Shown piece by piece: positions 1-12,650 of a DNA stretch of 64,000 nt. The notes beneath the pieces are model-generated. The model saw only the letters and a list, made by a program, of their open reading frames with translations. It searched no databases and was not told where the DNA came from. Made by a program: the position numbers and the translations under genes. The stretch's first letter is position 1; the number at the start of each line of letters is the position of its first letter. The stretch comes from Oopsacas minuta (taxonomy: Eukaryota > Animalia > Porifera), in NCBI GenBank assembly GCA_024704765.1, contig JAKMXF010000327.1:203360-267359 (forward strand). The letters run 5' to 3'.

Positions 1-1862
1 CAGAGGAATTAATAACGGTCCTATCGAAAGAGAGGCTAGAGAGAAATCAAATAAATGAGACTACTAACAGTAATCCTTCAGTAGTATCTAGAGAATATAT
101 ACCCATATTGGATAAAGGAGAGCCCTCAATTACGATTTTGATTCGAATGATGGAGTTTCACTCTCAGTTGATCTAAATGAGTCTGGTTTTCAACATTGTG
201 TTACTCATGAATCTCAAAAAGATGATAAACTAATTCAAAAATCCCTACATAAGGGTAGCAATATTGCTTCTTTCAAGACAACGCATAACATTGTAGAATC
301 AGAATTATTGAATTCAAGCAAACTTCCGCCACGTCCCGCAGAGAATAACTTTGCTGCTCCAAGCTTGACATACGTTGACTCAAGAGGATATTGCCAACCG
401 TTTGAATTCGTTTATGCTAACAAAGGGTGGATATGGCAGGAGAATTAATCTTGTCAAAGGGGATATGTTCTTTTCGTAGTTTAATTAAAGAAATAGGTTG
501 GAATCATTTCTGGAATCCTCACTCTCTGAACGAATATGTAACAAAAGTAGAAGACGATAATCTTCTCCATCAACTATTTACGGATGGCTTTGTGTTTATG
601 AGAGGTTCATAGATTTCCTCAGTATTGAAATACTTGCTTTTCCCCATCAGAGCACACAATGAAAGCTGTTGCTGCTATTTGGTGTAATCTAAAGGAGAGC
701 CTAAACGAAGATAGACATATAAGAAACAAAACAACTATAGTAATTAGCCGGGAAAGTATGCCAATATCATTTTCTATTCTTCAAAAGTGGCGTTCACACC
801 GTGAAACTGTAATCGTGAAGACGATATTTCTTGAAGTTACGACTAATGTTGTTTTACTAAATGAAAGGTATTTGTTGATCTCCGATATTGCCTGATTGTA
901 AAAATTATATTAGCTAATACCCAACGTTCTGGAATTATCGAAGGAATGTTGATTAAGAGGTGTTGAATGCAAAATCCGATGTAATACTGATAACAGTCAT
1001 GTCATGTCATATCATGTCATTTCTGTTCAAAATCACAATACAGGGTATAAATAGGCTGCCATGATATTTCTTCAAGATGACATTTATCATTTTCTTTGCC
1101 AATATGTAACTCTATTACTCCGGTCTTTGCCACTTTTTGGGCCGGAAAGAGATTTACCCGACAGTGGAGTATTCCGAACATGGCGTTCTAACTCTCTTCC
1201 TTGGAAAACTATTTGTCATTGTTTGCCTTCTGGTTTACTACTTTACGACATAGTTGATCAGACTAGCTGCTGCCCACTCAGTATCGTAAGGGTGCATCCA
1301 CACTACAGCCTTGCGATACTGAGTATGTATAATCCTTCTATGCAAGAATCAATAAGTCAATTCATGTGTCATGAACCTAACACAGGTGAGGGATACAATA
1401 GACATCACATATCATACCGCCACATCTCCTCAGTATTTACTGAGTTAGCTAAATGTCAACCTAATAGTGATGAAGCTACAATGTCGATGAAATCGATATT
1501 CCCAAATCGATGGACCCAGTTTCATTGAGTGAGGATGTTGATAAGTTATCTTCCTGCTGTATCAATAACAGTTGCCTTACATACTCTGATAGATAAGATC
1601 ATTCGTCGAAATGATATCGCTGGAGAATTATACAATTGGTGAAGAAATACAAGTCGTGACTGAAAATTCCAATATTCGGGATATCAAATCACCTGATACT
1701 TCTGATTATACGTACAAGTATTGCAGTCCTTGAGGAATAATTTCCCTATAAGTCAAAATATTCTCGTAATTGCAATGGTAAGAGTATTTTTACGAATCAA
1801 TATTAAGAATACTATTTTATCTGAACATTTGAATTCCTAATCGGGGAATCGTCATTTCACGG

Positions 1863-2150
1863 CAGCACCGGATTTAGGAGTGTTCGGAGTGTGCGGCTGA
1901 ACAGGGCTCCACATTTAGGGGGCCCCACAACTCAAAGTCATTAATTTTATATACACTGTAACTCTACTTTATTCACTATAAATCTTATGCTAGAAATAAT
2001 AGAACATAACCTTCGCATGAATACAATAAACACAAGCATTCTAAATTAAGGGATGGGGACAGGTGGGCGAACAGTGACGGCTTTGAATTGGCTTCAGAAG
2101 GCCCGGGAATTTTCCTCGAACAGGCCCCCACGTACCTAAATCCGGCACTA
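1863..2150. mobile_element. hAT-type MITE (288 bp)
   Basis: Imperfect TIRs CAGCACCGGATTTAGG / CCTAAATCCGGCACTA; 8-bp flanks TTTCACGG (1855-1862) and CTTCACGG (2151-2158) match 7/8, as expected for a hAT TSD. A related end occurs at 28476-28522. Confidence 0.8.
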
Positions 2151-2470
2151 CTTCACGGTGAACAATTTTGAAGTAATCCATTTAGCAACCAAGAGTAATT
2201 AATTTAACCCTATTTGGGAGAGGTTAGTATCAGATTCAGCCATGAATATGCTGAAATAATGTTTTAGACAAGGTTAAACCTTTGCTAGAAATAATAGATA
2301 ATATTTTCCTAATTATACACTAACTGTTGAATTAGTTAGTGAGACTTTGACACCTATATACATATTTATTGATCCAATCGGGTACTTTCTATCCTTTTAC
2401 ATGCCCAGTTCAATTTTTTGAGCGGATTCTACTTTGATTGTTTTTCATCCACATCGTTGTCCAGCATAGG

Positions 2471-2624
2471 CAGCGGTTCCCAACCTGGGTCCATGAGCCC
2501 CTTGATGGTCTACCGACGATAGCAGGGAGTCCACAGGATCTTTTTACAGCATATGGAAAGGGGTCCATGGGGGTATGTAAATATTGGTATAGGGATCCAG
2601 AGCAGTAAAGGTTGGGAATAGCTG
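2471..2624. mobile_element. Charlie-like hAT MITE (154 bp)
   Basis: TIRs CAGCGGTTCCCAACCT / AGGTTGGGAATAGCTG; CATAGG on both flanks (partial TSD); similar to 37390-37516. Confidence 0.65.
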
Positions 2625-2751
2625 TCATAGGGAAACGATTGATAATTTATAGTTGATACGGACTGAACCTCATTAATACGAACATCAAACAATTTTGCGT
2701 TTATCTGGAGTTCGTATTAACCAGTGTAATTCCAATTTTATCACCTTAGTA

Positions 2752-4058
2752 CGAGGGGCACTCGAAAGGTTTTGCCGTTTGGTATGAAACCACTAATCTG
2801 TTGGATATTTTTCCGCATCCATCTTTTCAGACATATTTTATTACCTACTTTGAAACTTTCATTCATTTATCTCTTCTACTTTCATAAATTAGATAATTTT
2901 AGTATACATGGCTTCTAAAGTATCTCAATCTAAATCAGATCTTACAAAACGTGATTTTCGAGCAATAGTTTTGATCTTATTCAAACTACAGAAGACAAGA
3001 GTAGAAATCTATGAATCTTTACAGGAACATTTCCCGGATCTAGCTCCTTCTCTAACCACAGTTGAACGATGGTACAGGGAATTTATTCACGGAAACTTTG
3101 TTCTTGAAGATGCCCCTCGTTCAGGAAGACCGAATATTTTACATAATGAAGAAAATGTTAACGAAATGCTAGATCTAATTACTAAAGATCCTCATATTAC
3201 GTGCGCTCAGTTAGAGTATGAAACCGAGTTATCATCGGGGACAATTAATATCATTTTGCACAAAGAGCTTTGTGTCAGGAAGTTGTGTGCCCGATGGATT
3301 CCCCATTCTTTGAGCTTATGGCAATAATATCCCGCATAGACTTTTGAAAAATTATGCTCAAAAGGTTTGCTAATGGAAGTTCAAGAGCTGTTTCTGAGAT
3401 CCTTACAGGTGATGAGACATGGATATACCATTATGATCCAGAAATCAAGCGAATATCAAAGGAGTGGGTTGAAGAAGATGCCCCACCTCCAACCAAAGTG
3501 CGGAGGGCTAGATCTGTTGGGAAACAAATGTGGGCGATGTTTTCAGATCTAGTGGATTTGTCGAAGCTGTTGCTCTCGAGGATAGAAAGACTGATACTGC
3601 CGACTGGTACACTACAGTGTGCCTACCCAAAGTAATCACAGTAATTGAGTCACAGCGGGAGAAGACAGGCATTAGAGGAATTCTTCTTCATCATGATAAT
3701 GCATCATCGCATACGGCAATCAGAACTCGTGAGTTTTTGGAAAATTCTGGACTCAAAACATTACCTCACCCACCCTACAGTCCTGATTTAGCCCCTTGTG
3801 ACTTCTAGTTGTTCCCTAGACTCAATGATCAATTAAGTGGGAGGAGATTTTCGACTAATGAGGAGTTGAGAGGGGCACTTTTCCAAGCGATCGGAGACAT
3901 ACCCAAAGAAGAGTGGAAAAAATGTTTTGATAATTGGTTTACCAGAATGAAAAAATGTATAGATTGTCAGGGAGAGTATTTTGAAAAAATGTAATAGTCA
4001 ATTTTATTATTACTATCTGATATGTCGGTTAACGTCAAAACTATTCGAGTGCCCTTCG
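2752..4058 (+). mobile_element. Full-length mariner (DD34D) element, 1307 bp
   Basis: TIRs CGAGGGGCACTCGAAAGGTTTTG / CAAAACTATTCGAGTGCCCTTCG, TA on both sides; internal transposase. Confidence 0.93.
2908..3994 (+). pseudogene. mariner transposase pseudogene
   Basis: HTH (RSGRP), WIPH, GDETWIYHYDPE, HHDNASSH and HPPYSPDLAPCDF motifs spread over ORFs 2908-3327, 3354-3635, 3530-3808 and 3809-3994; stops at 3325 and 3806 and a frameshift near 3540. Confidence 0.93.
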
Positions 4059-6205
4059 TATGGGCCTAATTTTGTGTAAATATTTATCTTCTTATCCATA
4101 AATGCTTATTAACCGTTTTCGTATTAACGAAGTTCAACTGTTCGTACTGAAATGAAAGGTTTGTTAACAAACTTATGAACTTTTTTACAGGTGAATGGGT
4201 TGAGAGATACTTGCGGTATTTATACGATACCATATCTGTCTGCACAACAACACAATTGTTTTCATTTTGATTTTATCATTATCCAGTGTGCATTACCCTC
4301 TTGCCAGGGAAATTTGACTGCATCAAGCCCAATTTTGAATTTTTAGAGTCTAAAAGGAGTTGTGACATGATTTATCATATTTTCATCCCTCTGGGGATAA
4401 ATTTAATAGTGATGCAATATAATTACTATATAGAGTAGGACCTCGTACCGAACCACGTTAATCCTAATCCTCGCTAAAATGCCCGAAGCAGGGGTGTATG
4501 AGAAGGCACTTCTTTATGGAAATATTTGGATTATTTATGTTTAATTTTCAGTTCAGAAATTTGAGTTCAACTTTATAGTGAACATTATATTACCAAGTAA
4601 TATATTTTTATTTTATCCAATTTTTGTGTATCGTTTACTTGTGGAAATGCTTATATTCCTTCGATTTCCAGCTAAAAAGTACTGAATTTGGTTGCATTCA
4701 CGTTTTTAATTTGAGTTTTCCAAATTAGTGTAAATATCTTGTATTTCGTAAGATATTAATGTAGCCGAATATACTACATACGAGGCACTTTGTGTAAGGG
4801 GCAGTGTTTTGGAGCGTTCCTTTACTTTTATACGTACGAATACATCCCTGGTCCGAAGGAGTGCTATAATATAGTATAGCGGTCCAGTTTTGAAATCACT
4901 ACCTGTATGCTACTGTGCCAACTACCAAGTAAAGGGCCAGTATTGAAATGGTTGCCTATGTTATTATTATTCATGTGCAGCTCCTATAGAGAGATTCCCT
5001 AATGGCTTGGAACGTTGTGGACATCCATCCTTCAGCGAAGTCTAGCGGTCAGGTTAACATGAAAATCCATACACATATACACCAAGGGTCGGAGATTTGC
5101 ACCACTCAGTTTAACAGGGTTCCTAAAATAATTTTACACTCAATTGTTTTGATTTGTCTCAAAATTTCGCATTAAGGATAGGGTCAATCATCAATTCCAA
5201 GACAAATCATTTTTTGGAGAAGTGAAAGGTAAAACTACTTGGGGCATCAAATTGTTCCCATCCTTAGTTTATAGCAGCCAAACTCTACTCGATTACATGA
5301 AATGCAGAGTATATAATAGTCTTATCGATCACCATTTTGAATACTGTTGAGCAATTCACTCTAACTCTCAATATCTTGATCTAACCTACTTACCATTGAC
5401 ATATTTTAGAGAGTCAACTTTTTCATGGCTTCAAACACATATCAAGCAAAACCGAACAACGAGCTTACATAAAGATTCATACCGTACTCGGATACAAACC
5501 ACTTCAGATACATGAGGATCTAGTCACCGTTTATCATGAGGAAGCTCTAGCGTATCCCACTATAAAGGAATGGGCATGTAAATTAAAGGCTGGTAGAGGC
5601 AGCATTGAAAATGACCCTCAGACCGGAAGACCAATTCCGCTACCACCTCTGAAATTGCCTATCAAATTCTGGAACTATTGGTATTGACCCACATTTGAGC
5701 GTTGAAGAGATTGCCCTAATCCTGGACATCTCATCGGGAAGTGTTCATACATTTCTACACGATTATCTCGAATATTGAAAGATATCAGTCCGATGGATAC
5801 CAAAAATCCTCACTAAGAGGCAAAAGGAGAAGAGGGCATCATGCGCGAAAAAATTGCTTAAAGAATATAGAGATTGTGATTCTGGAACGTTATATGAAAT
5901 CGCTATTGGTGACGATACTTTGATTAAATTTTCTGAACCTCTGCGTAAGGAACAAAGCAAATCGTGACTCCCAAATGGTTATTAATCTACCGAAAAGGCA
6001 CGTCTGGATTTCTGAGAGGATAAGGTCCTCTAAAGCATATTTTTTGATGCGTATGGGCCAGTGGTTCAAATACTTGTGCCTAAAGGAGAACGACTCATTG
6101 GAGAATATTCCGTAGATAAATGCCTGAGAGAAGTCGAGAAAGTCCATACAACACGACGTACGTCTATAGGAACTCGAGGAATCAACTTCTCCACGGTAAT
6201 GCCAG

Positions 6206-8668
6206 TAGGGATCGACCGGTCACCCGGCCCGGCCCCGGTCCCGGCCTAAAGTCCCGAACCTTGCAGGGGGGCTAGTTAGTTTTAAGAAGATATAATTCAC
6301 CTTACTATACTATCAGTCTATCACTATCAACTACTTGTACTAATAAAGATTCTAATGTGTTTGTGAGCTTGCTTCGTCCCCGCAAATTTCTTCAACTTCT
6401 AAGTTGTGGTTCGGAAGAACAACTTAAGGATATGGCTGCTGTAGCTTGAATAAACCAAAACCAATCGCTCTGTAATTATACTTGAGAAACAAGAGCTTCT
6501 CTATGTTAGGTTAGGAGGGAGCAAACGGATCCTATCGCCTTGAGAATTTTACCCACCATTTTAAATTCTCGTTCATTTGGAACTGATCCGCAAGGTGGAC
6601 TCAAATACTGAAAGGCAAGTATAGACAATATTGGATACAGATTCAAGTTCATACGCCAGTACCACAATGGATCTAGCTCTCGGTGAATTTTCTTGTCAGC
6701 GAAGTAGTGCAATATTTCATGTTTTACTTCGTTTCTGATCGTATCTTCCCCATCACAAATAGTATTATTATTAACCGAATCGGATTGGCCATCTGAATCA
6801 CTTAAAATTACATCCCAGCAACTTTTTGCAGGAGAATCAGCGTTAATTTGAAAACTGCCTCTGCCAAAGACCATTCAAAGATGTTGGAAGCAACACTAAC
6901 TAATTTACCCTTTGCCTCTTCTGCTTTCGCCTTGTCCATAAAGCCACTCGTTTTATATCTAGGATCCAGAAGAGTGGCCAGTGCATGCACTTCATTTGTT
7001 TCGACATCAAAGAAATGCACTCGGGGATCAAGCCCCAAAATAACGTTTCAGTTGTACGATCATTTCGTTTTTGATAGTATTGATTCCAAATTCATTGATA
7101 GCATTCAATTCATAAAATATTTTCTTGATGAATGGAATGGTATCGGAAATGCAAGCATATTCGTGTTCTGAATCCAATGTCGCATCGGCGAATGGTTTTA
7201 ATAAACGAATTACTTTGGGAATAAGCATCCAGTCATTTGGAGTTAGTTGGTATTCTATATTAATATTGATATCATCTGCGCAACGAATAGCACGTTTCTG
7301 CTGAATTAACGGACTAACATAGCATAGTAAGAACTCCAGCGCGTTTTCTCGCCTAAAATCAGAGTGCTTCCAGGAACACCATTGTAATCTGCTTGATGAC
7401 CTCTGAGAACTCCCATCGCCTTCGGACTCTGCCGAAAAAAGGAAATCAATTTGGTGGCACGGGCCATCATGGATTGGACACCACTTGTTCAAAAATAGAA
7501 TTCATGACCACAAGATGTATCATATGTAAAAAACAACCTGCATTATCCTGGTTGTTGATAACCATGGCATTTACCATATTGAGGGCATTATCTCGCAATA
7601 TCAAGTGGAGCTTTTCCTCTAATTTCCAATCAAAATGATCATGCGCAACGTCTTGGCAATTGAATCAGCTGTATGTGATGTATCATATGGAAAAACAACG
7701 CAGCACAACTGCTTTTCGCTCTCCTTTCTTGTTGATGAAATGCAGCGTGAAGTTAATAAAAGCGTGTTGACTCTTTGATGTCCAAATATCAGTCGTTGCA
7801 CTACAAAAGTCTCCGAGATTATTGTGCAACAGCTCCATGATATTGAATTGTACACGTCTGTATATATCTGGAATAATCCTTTGGCGGAGCACTTTTCACT
7901 TGGAACATCGAATTTGTGATTCAAATGACTAATTTTTCAGCTGTAGTGTAAGGGAGAAGTGAATCACATATCCATTCAGCTAAAAAATAATTCCCCCTGT
8001 TTTGATCAGGGTGATCAGGTAGCCATTTTATTTTCAATTCGAATGTTTCCTCTAGACTCTGTTGGGTTTGTGAACCTGGGGTAGCCAAAATGTAGATAGA
8101 TTGTTGCTTCGAATTCTCTTCATCTTTTTTGCATCTTTTTGCTTCATCAGCATTTCTTATTATTATTGCCTCCTTGTATTCGATAGGGTGATACGATTCC
8201 AAGTGACTCCAAAGCGATTTAGTTGAAAAAGACTTTTTTGAACCTCCATGAGTATCCCTTCGTATCTTCCTCGTTTTTCCTTGACAGACAGAAATGTTGC
8301 AATTGGCAATTGATTCATCTGCACAATCGGCATCATAAAATTTCCAGACCTCAGATGCGTACCTTTTGGCCATTGATATGAATAGTAAATTAAAACAATC
8401 AATTGTATGTATTATTTATATTATTCAATGATAATTACCTTTTGACACTATTTTAAATAACATATACTATATTGATACTATGTATTGAGAACCCAGATGT
8501 CTGATTACAATTACGACTATTTACGTTGTCTATATTTTCACGCTGTTGACTTTAAAGGAGCTTTGCGCATAGGTTTTTAAGGTGGATAATATTACTAATT
8601 AGCACAGAAACAACTGTAAACTTGCATTATTTACTATCAACTCTAACTCCGGCCCCGGTCGATCCCTA
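6206..8668 (-). mobile_element. hAT transposon (BED-finger/Ac-like), 2463 bp
   Basis: Perfect 14-bp TIRs TAGGGATCGACCGG / CCGGTCGATCCCTA; perfect 8-bp TSD AATGCCAG (6198-6205, 8669-8676); CCGGCC-rich subterminal repeats. Confidence 0.95.
6506..8373 (-). pseudogene. hAT transposase pseudogene
   Basis: BED zinc finger (SEVWKFY..C..C..HLESYH), TTDIWTS (first Asp), RDNALNM, CFLHMIHLVV, ALATLLDPRYK, and C-terminal dimerisation motif DPLWYW..YPILS..SVPNEREF; several frameshifts. Confidence 0.9.
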
Positions 8669-8884
8669 AATGCCAGATCTCATGTTTCAAAATACGTTAG
8701 TGAAGTCATTGAAGATATAGGGCATGAAACGATGGAACATCCTCTGGATTCCCCAGATCTATCACTTTGTTCTTTCTGGCTATTTCCTGAGCTGAAAAAA
8801 ACATCTCTGAAGGACGGCTACCTCATACCTGACAAGAGCTAGGAAACGGAATTTACCACTATCCCAATTTAGTGGACAGAAAGA

Positions 8885-9130
8885 CTTTTCTGAAGAAGCA
8901 GTCGAGGCATGCAGTATATTGATTAGAAAATACCCGTGAACATCTTTTCAGAAAGATGTCATTTAAATCAAACGCCAAGGATGTGTGTCAGTATCCTTAA
9001 TCAAAGTGACCCTGTTCAAGCGAGTTACCGACAGCAAACTAAGTGTAAAATATGTGGAGAATTTGGTCATACTTGTCACTTGAGATGCAGACAGAAGTAT
9101 AAACAAGCAGTCTTTTTATCTATCAATTAG
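8885..9130 (+). pseudogene. RAG1-like/Transib transposase C-terminal fragment
   Basis: Reads FSEEAVEACSILIRKY(R)EHLFRKMSFKSNAKDVC..QSDPVQASYRQQTKCKICGEFGHTCHLRC, homologous to FSEEAVEVSNKLVRRYRKHLARKMSF..NSDPV of the 41402-42217 ORF. Confidence 0.8.
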
Positions 9131-9888
9131 ACTTACAGGGCGGTTAATTGAGTATCATAGCGAAATTGATGGATTAAGTTTATTGAAGATTAAAAACAAT
9201 TTCCAAATTTCAAATCATATGGGTGATATTATTAAAGTTCATGGGTTATTAAAAATATAAATATTCACCCATAATAATAAAGTTTTTGCCAAACTTTAGA
9301 ATACCTGAAACACATATAATGTGAATTCCTTCATACATTCTGATAGTTGTATTCAACTCGCGACCACTGATTTCCTATACATCAATAGTACATTCAAATA
9401 GCTAAGTAGTAAACTAATCCCTATTTCCGCTAAATTCCAAATTCAAGCCACTCTGAACAATATTCTTAGAATGCATTTCAAAGCTTCTGTTTTTAGAGGC
9501 GATGACAGTGGTTTCATTTCTGATGAAATTACCTCCATAATCCTTGACATACCAGAAATTAGTTTTGACGGTAGCTTTTTTACTGTACCACTGCAGTTTT
9601 ACCAGCTTTGGACGCTCTTAATCGCCATTGATTAACATGTATTCCTGCTATACATTGTCTCTTGACTGGAAAACCTGAAGAATTAAATCAAGCATTTCTC
9701 TCAAAATTTCAGCAAATTCTTCTACAATTGCAACCTCAAATAACAATGTCGGACTGGGAAAAGGCACCAAGTAATGCTCATAGAACGCTATTCAATGGGA
9801 TCAAGCTACAAGGCTATTGGTTCCATTATACCCAGCAAATTTGGAAGATGATTTAGAAAGTAAATCTTACAACGACATATACAAATAA

Positions 9889-12195
9889 CACAGGTCAACA
9901 AATTTTCACTTATTATTCTCATGAAGCAAAAATGGGTATTTTTCTAGACTACTTTTTTGTGCTGATTTCAAATGTCGCATTCATACCTCTCTAACACGTA
10001 TACATTTTTTATATTCTAGCTTGAAATTTTAGAATTCAATTTCGAAATATAACTTATTTTATTATGCTTAATTAATGCTAAAAGTTGTTCAACTAACTAA
10101 GGTTGCTTGTTATTAGAGTCTCAATGTAAATAATTCAATAATTAATTCAGTATCAAATTAGAATCTAACTATCTTGCAATAGGAAATTGAAAAATTTTCA
10201 CATTTGTGAGATATATAAGTTGAATAAACAAAAAGAAAATATTTAAGACGTCAAAAACGTTGAGAGTAAGAATTTATTTTGTAAACTCTATTGGGTTCAT
10301 TCCTGGGCAACATCCAGTAATAGTCCGTCATCATACTGTCATTCCAGAAACCTTGATATCGATTTTCCATTCTGAGAATGTCTTGGTGAAATCGTTCACC
10401 CTGTATATCGCTTACAGCACCAAGGTTTTCTGGAAAAAATCAAGATGGGAGTGCAAAAAGCGTAATTTCAATGACATATGGCATCCCATGTTTTCATATG
10501 ATTGAATTAAGTTTTTACTCCTTCAGTATACTCTGTTGACTTCATATTACCTAAAAATTTTTCACAAACCCATTTGAAAGATTTACAAGCTGTGAATTCC
10601 TTAGCGGAAAGTATATTGTCAAACTCTTCATCCTTGAGAACTTCCCTAATTTGTGGTCCAATAAATTCACCCTCTTTAAGCTTAGCATCCTAGTTTGGGG
10701 AATTTCTCAACAATATAGCGAAACCCTGTAGAATTTGTTTTACCCATTGTTTTGATGAAAGTTTCATCAATCCGAGTTTTATATGAAGTGGTGGCAAAAA
10801 GAAATTGTTAGGATCTACCAGTGGTGTATATTCAATATTGGATGTTCCTACTTCATAATTTGTTCTCTTGGCCCAATCACGTTTTTTGTAATGTTTTATT
10901 GTTGCACGACTGTCCCATAAACAAAGAAAGCAACAATATTTGATAAATCCTTGTTGCAATCTCATTAACAGACCCAATGACCTTAAGATCCCACATACAT
11001 TCCACCTGTGTGTTCTATATTTGATCGCAACCAAAACCTCTTCCAGGTTTATATAGGACTCTTTAAGATGTACAGAGTGAGCAATTGGAATTGCAGGATT
11101 TTTATTTCCGTTATGCAATAAAACGGCTTTCAAGCTAAGTTTCGATGAATCAATATATAGGCGCCAATCAGAAGATGAATGTTCCTGTGACGAACTAGAA
11201 AACAGCCCATCAATATCATTAGAATAACAGAGAGGACCATCAACTGTAAAATATTGAGCCAAATCAAAATTTCGTTTATCGTAGTGGGACACTATAACAT
11301 TCTTGTTGAGTAAATTCTTTGTTGAAGCATTGATGCAAGAAGTTCTGCCTGTTCCTTCGACAGATCAAGATCCCTGACAAGGTCATTCAATTCACCTTGT
11401 GTGAAGGATGGGGCGCTAAATTACTGTCTTCAGGGACGTATTCTGAACCAATAGAAGATTCGTCCATTGAGTATGACAAAGTATCTACATCATCAGAAAG
11501 AGAATCAAATCCATATATCGTAGGAGTTGGGACAGCAAGGAGACATCGTGAGAAACTGGTCTGCGAGCAGATTCCAAATCTGGGTAAATTATTTTATGTT
11601 TATTTTTCATCGAAAACCCAGTGTATTTACGATGCAAAAATAGCAATCATCGTAGTGATTCTTTGGTTCCCTCCAAACCATTGGTATTGCAAAAGGCATT
11701 TAAGTTTTTCTTTTGTTCGCCCAATCACGTAAGCCACCACAACAAGCAGAACAAATCACATGAGGCGCCACATCTTATCTTGATCACCTAAATGACAATC
11801 AAAATACTGGCTATATATTCTCTTGAGGCCATTTATTATGGTACGTCGTTGTGATTTTAAACAAAAGGAGTCACAAACATAACAAAAACTGTCTGGTGTA
11901 TTGATACATCTGCGATGCATTATGAGAAACCAGATTGATTGATTCAAAAAAGAGAAACGGTAGAGCTAGTAAATTGGGATTTATTGCATTAGAATACAAA
12001 TTGTGCCACTTTGCTATTGTAAACTTTTAAAATATTTAGAATTATATTATTGAAAATAATGGAATAATATAGTGGGATTTTATGAAAAAGCTACACGTGA
12101 TAGATATAAACGGAGAGCAGAATTGAAATCAGGACAAAAAATCACGTTAGAAAAATCATATATGATCTGTGATGAAAAAACCTTGTTGACCTATG
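9889..12195 (-). mobile_element. Chapaev3-like (CMC superfamily) transposon, 2307 bp, degenerate transposase
   Basis: TIRs CACAGGTCAACA / TGTTGACCTATG; TAA on both flanks (3-bp TSD); motifs RCINTPDSFCYVC, GDQDK, WREPKNHYDDCYFC, DSSKLSLKAVLLHNGN, CCFLCLWDSRA, LPPLHIKLGLMK. Confidence 0.88.
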
Positions 12196-12650
12196 TAACG
12201 GTGCATTCCAAAATTACATACGCTGTATAATGGCTCTACGGCTCTACTTCCAGATTAAGTAAAGTCTAAATACGATCAAATTAATCACAAAATCTTAACC
12301 GCGAACAGAATCAAATTGATAGTGCGAAGAAGCTCAAATTATATGTTCAGAGAAGGTGGATTAATCAAGCTCCACATGAAGAATTATCTGTTTTGCACCA
12401 AAAATGGCCACAAATAATGGAGCAGAAAATTACCACGGAAGACTAAAGTCCTTGATAAAATGTATTAAGTCAAGAATATTGAATTTTCTGGATACACTGA
12501 ATCCAATTATATTGGACATAGACAATGAATACGGAATACAAGGGGAAAAAGAAGACAATATGCAAAACGAACAGCGGCGACGGAAATATATAGAATATAT
12601 TGTTGAAGATAAATATACTTCATTGGAATATGTTAAGGCAATCAGCTATA

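Larger units (their letters stand above)
2659..4140. mobile_element. pogo/Tigger-like MITE interrupted by the mariner at 2752-4058
   Basis: Left end CGGACTGAACCTCATTAATACGAA and right end TTCGTATTAACGAAGTTCAACTG are degenerate inverted repeats enclosing the mariner. Confidence 0.5.
5238..8880 (+). mobile_element. mariner copy A (same family as 37783-39114), interrupted by a hAT element and 3'-truncated
   Basis: TA + left TIR CTTGGGGCATCAAATTGTTCCCATC; aligns with copy B from 5238 to 6205 and again from 8669 to ~8880; no right TIR seen. Confidence 0.85.

Noticed and set aside
4400-4470. LINE RT motif (RGSVRGPTLYSNYI, like QGSVLGP..IY) on the minus strand
   Set aside because: A single short degenerate motif without supporting YADD or other domains nearby; too weak to call.
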